IMG/VR virus record: IMGVR_UViG_3300038675_000903
Coordinates: 1-26,975 of that record
Direction: 5' to 3' (one strand)
DNA: 26,975 nucleotides
From: a virus
Taxonomy: Duplodnaviria; Caudoviricetes
Shown here: in pieces, positions 1 through 8,058 of the stretch
Layout of the letters: every line of letters begins with the position of its first letter
How positions within the stretch are numbered: position 1 is the first letter of the stretch
Made by a program: the position numbers and the translations under genes
The notes under the pieces: generated by a model
The model's input: the letters and a program-made list of their open reading frames with translations, nothing else
The model's database searches: none
Told to the model about the DNA's origin: nothing

Positions 1-2
1 GC

Positions 3-881
3 TATCGCATTACATTCCGCGACGGTAGTTTTATCGACGCCGGAGAGCGGCATCTGTGGAATGTGCAGGTCGTGAATAACGGCAACCGCGAAAAGCTCTG
101 GACAACCGGCATGATATACCGCAAGACCGAAGTTTACAAGAAGCGTCATGCCGGGACAGTTGACGAAAAAGCATCTATCGTGCGAATCCCGATTCCTCCG
201 GCGTTGCACCTTCCCGAGCGAGAGTTGCCAATCGACCCGTATGTATATGGATATTGGCTTGGAAATGGCTGTTCCACGAAGCCTGAACTGACAGTGCGCA
301 CATGCGACCTTGCTACAATACAAAGTAGTATCCCGTATGAGATTTCATCTTCGTGGAAACAAGACGGAGATGGCAGCGTCGTTCTCCGAGTACCGGCGCT
401 CAAGCCCATATTGCTCGATTCTTTTCGGGATAAAGTGATACCGCAGTCGTACCTTCGCGCCTCGGAAGCACAGCGTTGGTCACTGTTGCAAGGTCTCATG
501 GACTCAGACGGCTGCATTGGCACCGTAAAATCGCAAAGCGTGTATGTCAGCACGATCAAGGCGCTTGCAGAATCGGTACGAGAACTGCTTTGGAGCCTTG
601 GAATAAAGAATGCCATGACGGAAACGCCATCTACGAGGTTCAGCAAGCCAACGGGAGAAACGCTTTACACCATACGGTTTACCACCTTCGAAGATCAGCC
701 GACATCGAGATTAGATCGGAAGTATAAGCGCAAACGGGAACGTGTCAAAGAGACCCGTTCCTGTTTTCATTATGTGCGCAATATCGAACCGTTGCCGTAC
801 CCGGTCAAGATGCGGTGTATTCAAGTAGATAGCCCGTCGCATCAGTATCTGGCTGGACGATCCATGGTACCGACGCATAAC
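3..881 (+). mobile_element. Intein with LAGLIDADG homing endonuclease in terL (N-terminus lies outside the window); class-3 signature
   Basis: Block B ..AGERHLW (H 51-53, W 57-59), block C PYVYGYWLGNG, block E LLQGLMDSDG, block F MRCIQV (C 816-818), block G VPTHN (873-881), followed by Ser+1 (882-884). Confidence 0.93.
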
Positions 882-2228
882 AGCGAACTCGGCGCGGCGC
901 TGGCGCTCAATATGCTGGTCAACGACGACGAGTGGAAGGCGGAGGTGTACTCCTGCGCCTCCGACCGCCAGCAGGCGGGCATCGTGTTCGACGTCGCCGT
1001 GGATATGGTGCAGCAGAACCCCACGCTTCGCAAGCGCATTAAGCTCATTCCGTCCACCAAGCGCATGGTGTATCAGCCCACGGGCAGCATCTATCAGGTG
1101 CTTTCGAGCGAAGTGGCGACCAAGCACGGCCTGAATGTCAGCGCATGCATTTTCGACGAGCTTCACACGCAACCTACCCGAGCGCTCTACGACGTGATGA
1201 CGCAGGGTTCCGGCGACGCGCGGAAACAGCCGCTCTGGTTCTTTCTTACGACGGCGGGTACAGACCGAAATTCCGTTTGTTGGGAAGTACATCAAAAAGC
1301 GCTGGATATCCTTGAAGGTCGCAAACGTGATCCTCGTTTTTATCCCATCGTATATGGATTGCCGGATAACGCGGATTGGAAAGATGAACAGAACTGGTAT
1401 AAGTGCAACCCTTCACTGGGACATACGATCACCATCGACAAGGTGCGCGACGCTTATCATAAGGCGCTGGAAACGCCTGCCGACGAAAACATGTTTCGCC
1501 AGCTTCGTCTGAATCAGTGGGTCAAACAATCCGTTCGCTGGATGCCTATGGATAAATGGGATGAGTGCGGGGGTGTAATGGACGCTTACGCGCTGGAAGG
1601 CCGCGCCTGTTACGCCGGGCTTGACTTATCGTCCACGAGCGACTTGACCACATTGGTGCTGGTGTTTCCGCCTGAAGATGAGAATGAACCGTACATCGTA
1701 TTGCCATTTTTTTGGCTGCCGGAAGAGACGCTGCCTCTGCGCGTGCGCCGCGACCACGTGATGTATGATATGTGGGAAAGACAGGGCTTCATCAAAACAA
1801 CCGAGGGCAACGTCGTGCATTATGGGTTCATTCAAAAATTCATTAACGATCTGAGCGAACGATATAACATCCGCGAAATCGCTTTCGACCGCTGGAACGC
1901 CACCATGATGGTACAGGCGCTGGAAGACGATGGTTTTACCATGGTTCCCTTCGGACAGGGCTTCCGAGATATGAGTCCTCCGACGAAGGAACTAATGCGT
2001 TTGGTTCTTGAGAGAAAGATCAACCACGGCGGACATCCTGTGCTTCGTTGGAACATGGATAACGCCTATGTTCGCACTGACCCCGCAGGGAACCAGAAGA
2101 TCGACAAAGAGAAGTCGACCGTAAAGGTGGACGGCGCGGTCGCGCTGGTCATGGCGCTGGATCGGGCGATGAAGAACAACGGCGGGAACGGAAGCGTATA
2201 CGATAATCGAGGCTTGTTACTGCTGTAG
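3..2228 (+). CDS. terL: Phage terminase large subunit (Terminase_1-like), intein-containing, 5'-truncated
   Basis: Frame is open from nt 3 (YRITFRDGSFIDAGERHLWNV...). After the intein: SELGAALAL (end of Walker A GK|S), Walker B CIFDELH, coupling motif TTAG, nuclease motifs GLDLS and KVDGAVALVMA. Confidence 0.96.
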   Translation, partial: YRITFRDGSFIDAGERHLWNVQVVNNGNREKLWTTGMIYRKTEVYKKRHAGTVDEKASIVRIPIPPALHLPERELPIDPYVYGYWLGNGCSTKPELTVRTCDLATIQSSIPYEISSSWKQDGDGSVVLRVPALKPILLDSFRDKVIPQSYLRASEAQRWSLLQGLMDSDGCIGTVKSQSVYVSTIKALAESVRELLWSLGIKNAMTETPSTRFSKPTGETLYTIRFTTFEDQPTSRLDRKYKRKRERVKETRSCFHYVRNIEPLPYPVKMRCIQVDSPSHQYLAGRSMVPTHNSELGAALALNMLVNDDEWKAEVYSCASDRQQAGIVFDVAVDMVQQNPTLRKRIKLIPSTKRMVYQPTGSIYQVLSSEVATKHGLNVSACIFDELHTQPTRALYDVMTQGSGDARKQPLWFFLTTAGTDRNSVCWEVHQKALDILEGRKRDPRFYPIVYGLPDNADWKDEQNWYKCNPSLGHTITIDKVRDAYHKALETPADENMFRQLRLNQWVKQSVRWMPMDKWDECGGVMDAYALEGRACYAGLDLSSTSDLTTLVLVFPPEDENEPYIVLPFFWLPEETLPLRVRRDHVMYDMWERQGFIKTTEGNVVHYGFIQKFINDLSERYNIREIAFDRWNATMMVQALEDDGFTMVPFGQGFRDMSPPTKELMRLVLERKINHGGHPVLRWNMDNAYVRTDPAGNQKIDKEKSTVKVDGAVALVMALDRAMKNNGGNGSVYDNRGLLLL

Positions 2229-2254
2229 ACGTGAAGCTTGCCGGTATCGGCAAG

Positions 2255-2300
2255 ATATGGCTGCATATTGCTTCGATATTGCTGATATATTGCCGATAAT
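2255..2300 (+). repeat. Four tandem 10-11 bp repeats (ATATTGCYnnn), possible late-promoter activator sites
   Basis: ATATGGCTGC / ATATTGCTTCG / ATATTGCTGAT / ATATTGCCGAT starting at 2255, 2265, 2276 and 2287, ending in GATAAT (2295-2300). Preceded by the palindrome CTTGCCG-gtat-CGGCAAG (2237-2254). Confidence 0.7.
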
Positions 2301-2342
2301 CCCGCGAAATATGCGTGAAACGACCGCGAAAGGGGCGACGAT

Positions 2343-2681
2343 ATGCCGCGTTATCCCAAGCGTCCGTGCCGGTATCCGGGGTGTCCGAACCTCTGCGATA
2401 CGGGTGTTTATTGTGAAAACCATCTGGAGCACTCCGCAGACAGGCTTCGCGGCGGCGCGAACGAACGCGGCTACGACGCCCGTTGGCGAGCCGCGCGAGC
2501 GCGATACCTGCATAAGCATCCGCTCTGCGTATCCTGTTTCGAGCGTGGCGCGCTCACGCCAGCAACTGTGGTCGATCACATCGTCCCGCATCGAGGCGAC
2601 GAGCGCTTGTTCTGGGACGAGGCGAATTGGCAGCCTCTGTGTAAAGCGTGTCACGACCGAAAGACCGGCGGTGGGCTGTAA
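2343..2681 (+). CDS. Phage HNH endonuclease (terminase-associated, gp74-like)
   Basis: MP..PKRPC..PGC, RGYDARW, HPLCVSC, VVDHIVPHRGD, NWQPLCKACHDRKT. RBS-like AAGGGG upstream. Confidence 0.93.
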   Translation: MPRYPKRPCRYPGCPNLCDTGVYCENHLEHSADRLRGGANERGYDARWRAARARYLHKHPLCVSCFERGALTPATVVDHIVPHRGDERLFWDEANWQPLCKACHDRKTGGGL

Positions 2682-2796
2682 AGATCACAAAACGGGCGAA
2701 GGTTTTTCTACGGAAGTTATCTGTAATAACGCTTGCTATTGTCAGCCTTCCGAGGCATATATAGACCAGCGCATAGCGAGAAAGGATGGATTTACC

Positions 2797-3633
2797 ATGA
2801 CGATTCATTTTGAGGCGACGGGCGAGAAACGCAAGGAACTGGTACAGGCGCTGGCGGCAGCGACGGGCTGCGAACCGAAATACCTCGGCGCACCCGCGTT
2901 CGATTATCAGGTTGGCGCTTACCTTGTACACAAGGACGGCAGTTTAGAACTGGACGACCTGCTGGATGTGAAAGAAATCGGGCTGACGCTTCACGCGCTG
3001 CGGGCGCGGGGCTTCATTTCGACGGACTCCGAATGGGTGCGAATCGAAGACGCGCCGAGCGAGCAGGAAATGCAAGCGTGCATGGTAGTCAACGCGCCGG
3101 ATTGCATCTCGCTTGGTTTTCCCAAGGAAGGGATGAGCGAGCTTGCTATTGAAAATGTGAAAAAGCTCATCGCGGCGAAAGCGCCGCTGATCAAGATGGC
3201 GCTGGAACTCACGGAACTGCCGGTAGAAGTGGAAGAGGACAGAATCTCGTTTCCGTGGCTGGCGGGCACGGCTCCGCACGAGATGGTTGACGCGACTGCG
3301 CGGCTGCTCGCGGCGATCATTCAGCTTTCGAAGAAGCTCAAGCGCGTGACCGTAATCGAGCGGGATACGGACAATCCGCGTTACGCTTTCCGTTGTTTTC
3401 TGCTACGGCTGGGTTTCATCGGGGATGAATACAAGACTGTTCGCAAATATCTTATGAAGGGTATCCCTGGCAACGGCTCCAAACGGCATATTCCCGCAGA
3501 CGATGAGAGTTCCGTGCAAGATAACGTACAAGATGTCGAGCCTGTTGAGATCGAACGTTATGAAAAGCTTGAAACGCAGACCGACGTTGTGACCGAAGAA
3601 GAGCTAACCGCGCTGCCCTGTGAGGATGCTTAA
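2797..3633 (+). CDS. Conserved prophage hypothetical ('virulence-related protein'-like), 278 aa
   Basis: ATG 2797 after AAAGGATGG. MTIHF..TG..RKELV..L...KYLGAP.F.Y.VG and C-terminal DNPRYAFRCFLLRLGFIGDEYK..RK.L resemble a family I recognise from Bacillota prophage packaging regions. Function unknown. Confidence 0.75.
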   Translation: MTIHFEATGEKRKELVQALAAATGCEPKYLGAPAFDYQVGAYLVHKDGSLELDDLLDVKEIGLTLHALRARGFISTDSEWVRIEDAPSEQEMQACMVVNAPDCISLGFPKEGMSELAIENVKKLIAAKAPLIKMALELTELPVEVEEDRISFPWLAGTAPHEMVDATARLLAAIIQLSKKLKRVTVIERDTDNPRYAFRCFLLRLGFIGDEYKTVRKYLMKGIPGNGSKRHIPADDESSVQDNVQDVEPVEIERYEKLETQTDVVTEEELTALPCEDA

Positions 3634-3652
3634 CCTTTCCATGAACTGACGC

Positions 3653-3681
3653 TTGCATTCGCCGCTTAAACGTGGTACAAT
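3653..3681 (+). promoter_or_regulatory. sigma70/sigmaA promoter of the Phd-RelE/ParE module
   Basis: TTGCAT (3653-58), 17-bp spacer, TACAAT (3676-81) with extended TGn. RBS GAGGAGG at 3691. Confidence 0.8.
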
Positions 3682-3704
3682 TATCCCACAGAGGAGGCGA
3701 TACA

Positions 3705-3962
3705 ATGCAGCAGTGTATTCCGATTCGGGATTTAAAGAATACGAGCGAGATATCGAATCTATGTCAGAACACGCGCGGCCCGATTTTCATCACCAAGAAT
3801 GGTTACACGGATATGGTCATTATGAGCGCGACCACCTATGAGAAGATGCGGCTTTTGAGCGTCTATGAAAAGCTGATGGAAGCGGAGGACGATGTTGCGG
3901 AAGGACGCGTAACCGACGCCATCTCATCGCTTCAACGCATGAGGGCGAAGTATGGCCTATGA
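3705..3962 (+). CDS. Phd/YefM-family antitoxin, 85 aa
   Basis: IPIRDLKNTSEISNLC..PIFITKNG..DMVIMS...YE pattern. ATG 3705 follows GAGGAGG. Overlaps the toxin gene. Confidence 0.92.
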   Translation: MQQCIPIRDLKNTSEISNLCQNTRGPIFITKNGYTDMVIMSATTYEKMRLLSVYEKLMEAEDDVAEGRVTDAISSLQRMRAKYGL

Positions 3963-4263
3963 GCTGATCATCACCCAAAAGGCCGAGCATGATCTGGATG
4001 AGATACTTGGGTATATCGTGAATGAGCTCTGCAATCTACCAGCAGCCGTTCATTTTGCGGATGAGATCGAAAAGCGATACCGATTGCTCGTCGAGAATCC
4101 GAATCTGTATGGCGAATGCCAGCAACCTTTATTGAAAGCGGGGCATTACCGAAAGGTCGTAATTGGCGGTTACTTGATGATCTACCGTGCAGACATTGAA
4201 AGTGCAACGGTGATTATTGAACGCTTCTTCAGCGATTTAGAGGATTACGTCGAAAAACTGTAA
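3952..4263 (+). CDS. RelE/ParE-superfamily toxin
   Basis: Y.LIIT.KA..DL.EI..YI...L.N..AA, L..NP..G, YRKVVIGGYLMIYR. Coupled to the upstream antitoxin. Confidence 0.9.
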   Translation: MAYELIITQKAEHDLDEILGYIVNELCNLPAAVHFADEIEKRYRLLVENPNLYGECQQPLLKAGHYRKVVIGGYLMIYRADIESATVIIERFFSDLEDYVEKL

Positions 4264-4274
4264 AGAAACGCAAC

Positions 4275-4306
4275 AAAAAGCATCTCAGCAATGAGGTGCT
4301 CTTTTT
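4275..4306. terminator. Bidirectional intrinsic terminator
   Basis: AAAA-AGCATCTCA-gcaa-TGAGGTGCT-CTTTTT, between convergent genes. Confidence 0.8.
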
Positions 4307-4323
4307 ATGCCAATTTGAAGCTG

Positions 4324-4617
4324 TTACTCGTCGCTTTCGGGCGGCAATCTGTCCTCCAGTCGATGCTTATTCGGTACGACGACCTCTGCTTTTTCCTGAA
4401 GAAAGCCAACCGCTCGGAGGCATTTCAATATGTAGCCGGAGCATTCTTCGTCCATATCGTCGTCGATGAACAGGTCGAGATTGGGCATGAGATAAAACTG
4501 CTGTTTCAGCTTACCAAATTCTATGAATGACGAGCCGCAGAGGTCTCTGCAGGCTCTGTTGATCATGATTTCCGCTTTATCGGCGATTGCCAGCATGTGA
4601 GTAAAACGCAAAACCAT
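4324..4617 (-). CDS. Hypothetical protein, 97 aa, antisense moron
   Basis: ATG at 4617 preceded by GGAGGG. Extended -10 TGgTAGAAT (4640-48, minus strand). Fills the gap between the terminator and portal. No recognised family. Confidence 0.65.
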   Translation of the reverse strand: MVLRFTHMLAIADKAEIMINRACRDLCGSSFIEFGKLKQQFYLMPNLDLFIDDDMDEECSGYILKCLRAVGFLQEKAEVVVPNKHRLEDRLPPESDE

Positions 4618-4667
4618 AGGCTTACCCTCCAGTATGTATATTCTACCACGAAAAGGAGCGCGTGTAC

Positions 4668-5903
4668 ATGAAGAATCCGTTTTCCGGTCTGTTCCGGGCG
4701 CGAGATAAGCCCGGTAGACGAAATTCACCTCAAAACGCGGTAAGCGCGGCGCAGGCGTTCTTTTACGGCATGAGCGCGGCAGGGAAATCTGTGACGCCGC
4801 GTTCGGCAATGCAGATATCAGCGGTTTACGCCTGTGTGCGCGTCATCGCGGAAACCGTCGCCAGCCTGCCGCTTCACGTTTACCAATACACCGATACCGG
4901 CAGCGAAAAGGCGCTGGAGCATCCGCTATACCACATACTGCACGACGAGCCGAACACGGAGATGACGTCCTTTGTACTGCGCGAGACGATGCTCACACAT
5001 TTGCTCCTGTGGGGCAACGCCTATTGTCAAATCGTGCGCAATGGGCGCGGACATATCCTCGGCTTGTACCCGCTTCTGCCCGACCAAATGACGGTAGATC
5101 GTGACAGCGGCGGTAAACTCACCTACGATTACATGACACGCGACAGTAAACTCGTGCGCTTGCGCCCGGAGGACGTTCTGCACATACCCGGTCTGGGTTT
5201 CGATGGTGTGATGGGTTACAGTCCCATCGCGCTTGAGAAGAACGCCATCGGCTTAGGGCTTGCAGCAGAGGAATACGGCAGTAAGTTTTTCTCGAACGGC
5301 GCGACTCCGGCAGGCGTGCTCACGCACCCGAACACGGTGAAGAACCCAAGCGCGCTACGCGAGAGCTGGAACGCCGCATATGGCGGCTCGAACAACTCTA
5401 ATCGTGTGGCGATACTCGAAGAAGGGCTGAAGTTCGAGCGTATATCTATGCCGAACAACGAAGCGCAATTCCTCGAAACACGGAAGTTTCAGGTATCGGA
5501 GATATGCCGAATCTATCGCGTGCCGCCACATCTCGTGGGAGATCTGGATCATGCCACATTTAGCAATATCGAGCATAGCAGCATCGATTTCGCGGTTCAC
5601 ACGATCCGCCCGTGGCTGGTGCGCGTAGAACAGTCCATGAACCGAGTGCTCTTCCCCGACAAGGAGAAGGGCATTTTTTATGTCCGCTTCAACATCGACG
5701 GGCTCATGAGGGGCGCGTACAAGGAGCGCATGGAAGGCTACGCCATCGCGCGGCAGAACGGTTGGATGTCCGCTAACGACATCCGCGAACTCGAAAACCA
5801 GAACCCGATTCCCGCCGAAAAGGGCGGCGACGATTATCTCTGTAACGGGAACATGATTCCAATCAAAGCTGCAACGAAGGGGGCGGACGAGGGTGGAACT
5901 TGA
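4668..5903 (+). CDS. HK97-family portal protein
   Basis: [61 protein letters not shown]...[22 protein letters not shown] at 4654. Confidence 0.97.
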   Translation: MKNPFSGLFRARDKPGRRNSPQNAVSAAQAFFYGMSAAGKSVTPRSAMQISAVYACVRVIAETVASLPLHVYQYTDTGSEKALEHPLYHILHDEPNTEMTSFVLRETMLTHLLLWGNAYCQIVRNGRGHILGLYPLLPDQMTVDRDSGGKLTYDYMTRDSKLVRLRPEDVLHIPGLGFDGVMGYSPIALEKNAIGLGLAAEEYGSKFFSNGATPAGVLTHPNTVKNPSALRESWNAAYGGSNNSNRVAILEEGLKFERISMPNNEAQFLETRKFQVSEICRIYRVPPHLVGDLDHATFSNIEHSSIDFAVHTIRPWLVRVEQSMNRVLFPDKEKGIFYVRFNIDGLMRGAYKERMEGYAIARQNGWMSANDIRELENQNPIPAEKGGDDYLCNGNMIPIKAATKGADEGGT

Positions 5904-7023
5904 AAACCAGATTCTTTGCGGCGACGCGCTGGAACTCCTAAAGCAACTGCCTGACGAGTGTGTGGACATGTGTCTGACCAGCCCGCCGTACTTTGCGCTT
6001 CGGGATTATGGTACCGGTATATGGGTGGGCGGAGATTCCGCCTGTAATCATCTGCCGACTGGCCGCTTTACCCATATGCTGCGGTCGACGCTCGAGGGCG
6101 GAACGGATACCCAAGGCAACGCGCGGTTTTATTCAAGCGTGTGCGGCAAGTGTGGTGCAACGCGCGTGGACAAACAGATTGGCCTCAATCAGTCGCTCTC
6201 AGAGTATGTAGCCGCGTTGGTGACAATCTGTGATCAGGTTCACCGCGTGCTCAAGCCTACTGGTGTGCTTTGGCTCAATCTGGGCGACAGCTACGCAGGC
6301 AGCGGCAAGGGACGGTATCAGGGCGGCACGGTTCGTCTGGAGCATGTCAGCCCAAAGCAAGCCAGCAATCATGGCACGGTTGAAGGCACATTACTCGCAA
6401 CGAGTCCGCAGGACGGTGCGAAACCGAAGGATCTGCTTGGCGTACCTTGGCGCGTTGCATTCGCATTGCGTGACACGGGCTGGTATTTGCGGCAGGATGT
6501 GATTTGGCACAAGCCCAACTGTATGCCGGAGCCCGTGAAGGATCGCTGTACGCGTTCGCACGAATACCTGTTTCTCTTGTCCAAACAGCGGAATTACTTT
6601 TTTGACGGGGACGCCATCCGCGAAGACTGTTCGGAGAACAGCGTGAAGGACTTCAAACGTCGCAAAACCTTGAACAACAAAGGCGGCGGCCAGAAGAGCT
6701 TTGAGGAAGTCCGTCCGGATCTGTGTCGAAGCCGTACCGATTACTACGCGCCAGATTTCAAACGCCATTGCCGGGATACGTGGATTATCAACACAAAACC
6801 GTATCGCGGCGCGCATTTTGCGACATTTCCAGAAACATTGGCGGAAAAATGCATCCTGTCCGGCAGTCCGGTCGGCGGGCTGGTGCTCGACCCGTTCATG
6901 GGCGCGGGCACCACGGCAGTCGCGGCGCGCAAACACGGTCGGAACTACATCGGTATTGAGTTGAATCCCGAATACGTCGCGCTGGCGCAAGAACGCATCA
7001 TGAAACGGAGGGAGAGCCCTTGA
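5893..7023 (+). CDS. Beta-class N4-C/N6-A DNA methyltransferase
   Basis: N-terminal catalytic motif IV TSPPY, IWHKPN.MPE.VKDR, HFATFP, C-terminal SAM-binding motif [18 protein letters not shown]. Confidence 0.95.
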   Translation: MELENQILCGDALELLKQLPDECVDMCLTSPPYFALRDYGTGIWVGGDSACNHLPTGRFTHMLRSTLEGGTDTQGNARFYSSVCGKCGATRVDKQIGLNQSLSEYVAALVTICDQVHRVLKPTGVLWLNLGDSYAGSGKGRYQGGTVRLEHVSPKQASNHGTVEGTLLATSPQDGAKPKDLLGVPWRVAFALRDTGWYLRQDVIWHKPNCMPEPVKDRCTRSHEYLFLLSKQRNYFFDGDAIREDCSENSVKDFKRRKTLNNKGGGQKSFEEVRPDLCRSRTDYYAPDFKRHCRDTWIINTKPYRGAHFATFPETLAEKCILSGSPVGGLVLDPFMGAGTTAVAARKHGRNYIGIELNPEYVALAQERIMKRRESP

Positions 7024-7952
7024 GAGAAATCAACCTGAACGGCTACATTGACGACGAGGTATGGTTCGGCGATGAGGTCACGCCCGAGACCCTGCATGAG
7101 TCGCTGTACGGAGCCGATAGCAACAATTCGGACGATGTACATATTCGCCTGAACAGTTACGGAGGATCGTGCAACGCTGCTACGCGTATGTTCGACGATA
7201 TCCGCGCGTATCCGGGACTGGTAACGGTCACGATTTCCGGCACGGCGGCATCTGCCGCGACAGTGCTTTCCATGGCGGCGAGCAAGCTTTTGATGACGCC
7301 CGGTTCGCTGTGGATGGTACACGACCCCAGCACGGTCGCTTGGGGCAACGAGCACGACCTGCAAGGCGCGATTGATCTGCTGCGCGCCTGTAAGGAGAGC
7401 ATTCTCAATGTCTACGGAAAACGCTGCAAGCAGAAGCGCGGCGACATCGCCGCCTTGATGACCGCGACCACATGGATGGATGCGCAGGCGGCGCTCGAAT
7501 TCGGCTTCATCGACGGCATTGTCGAGGATACGCCTTCCACAGGTCTCACGAATAACGCGCTCCCGTACAAGGTCGATCTGAAGGAAGCCAAAGAAAAGGT
7601 GCAGGCGTGGTTCGACCGTCATACGCCGCACAAGCCACAACTGTCCCGCCCGGTGTCGGGCGATGATCATACATCAACTGTACCGCTTGCCGAACGGCGC
7701 TGCGACTCAAATCTTCGATTTGAGCCGTCAGCGGTCGGCGAAGCCGACTTGCGAATCCAAGGATTCGCAACCTTTGAGCAAGCCGAAATGCCCGTGGAAA
7801 CGGGCGGGACAGTGCCACCGGCTCAGCCGGAGGAACCCAAGCCCACGCAGGAAACGCCTGCACCAGATCAACAGCCGGAAGCCTCCGGCACACCCGTCGC
7901 CCAGCTGCGAAAACGGCTGGGCTTAATTATGCCCGCGAAGCGGAGCATCTGA
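7020..7952 (+). CDS. ClpP-family (S14) prohead maturation protease with C-terminal linker/scaffold-like tail
   Basis: [13 protein letters not shown] (Ser), MVHDP (His), [16 protein letters not shown] start overlaps the MTase stop. Lies between portal and capsid. Confidence 0.92.
   Translation: MREINLNGYIDDEVWFGDEVTPETLHESLYGADSNNSDDVHIRLNSYGGSCNAATRMFDDIRAYPGLVTVTISGTAASAATVLSMAASKLLMTPGSLWMVHDPSTVAWGNEHDLQGAIDLLRACKESILNVYGKRCKQKRGDIAALMTATTWMDAQAALEFGFIDGIVEDTPSTGLTNNALPYKVDLKEAKEKVQAWFDRHTPHKPQLSRPVSGDDHTSTVPLAERRCDSNLRFEPSAVGEADLRIQGFATFEQAEMPVETGGTVPPAQPEEPKPTQETPAPDQQPEASGTPVAQLRKRLGLIMPAKRSI
7685..7783. repeat. 99-bp multi-hairpin palindromic element, in frame inside the protease gene
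   Basis: CTCAAATC-ttc-GATTTGAG (7706-24), GTCGGC-gaa-GCCGAC (7734-48), TTGCGAATC-caag-GATTCGCAA (7749-70), closed by GCTTGC (7685-90) / GCAAGC (7778-83). Confidence 0.8.
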
Positions 7953-8035
7953 GGGAGGGGCTTTAGCCCCGACTAACGCAGGCAAATGGCACATTTGCCA
8001 AGTGTACCCGCGACGCGCTTTCGGCGCGGGGCGGG
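7933..8035. repeat. Second multi-hairpin cluster spanning the protease stop codon and capsid leader
   Basis: CCGC-gaa-GCGG (7933-43), GGGGC-ttta-GCCCC (7957-70), GGCAAATG-gca-CATTTGCC (7981-99), CCCGC..CGCGCt-ttc-gGCGCG..GCGGG (8007-35). Confidence 0.75.
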
Positions 8036-8058
8036 CGAAAAATGAGGAGGACACCACA

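Noticed and set aside
2255-2300. Repeats as a mini-CRISPR array or replication iterons
   Set aside because: Units are 10-11 bp with no spacers, and there is no cas or initiator gene nearby.
2670-2730. cos site expected downstream of HNH
   Set aside because: No recognisable cos-like arrangement was seen; it cannot be assigned without terminus data.
2257-2796. 180-aa N-terminal extension of the 458-aa ORF, overlapping HNH
   Set aside because: It is an alternate-frame shadow of the HNH gene. A good RBS and family-like N-terminus begin at ATG 2797.
4618-4809. Longer 161-aa version of the antisense ORF
   Set aside because: It overlaps the portal 5' end. RBS and promoter support ATG 4617.
5893-7023. 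Complete restriction-modification system (MTase plus HNH)
   Set aside because: The HNH is the typical terminase-associated type, and no restriction endonuclease adjoins the MTase.
7685-7783. Cloverleaf as a tRNA gene
   Set aside because: Loops are 3-4 nt, with no 7-nt anticodon loop, T-loop or D-loop consensus.
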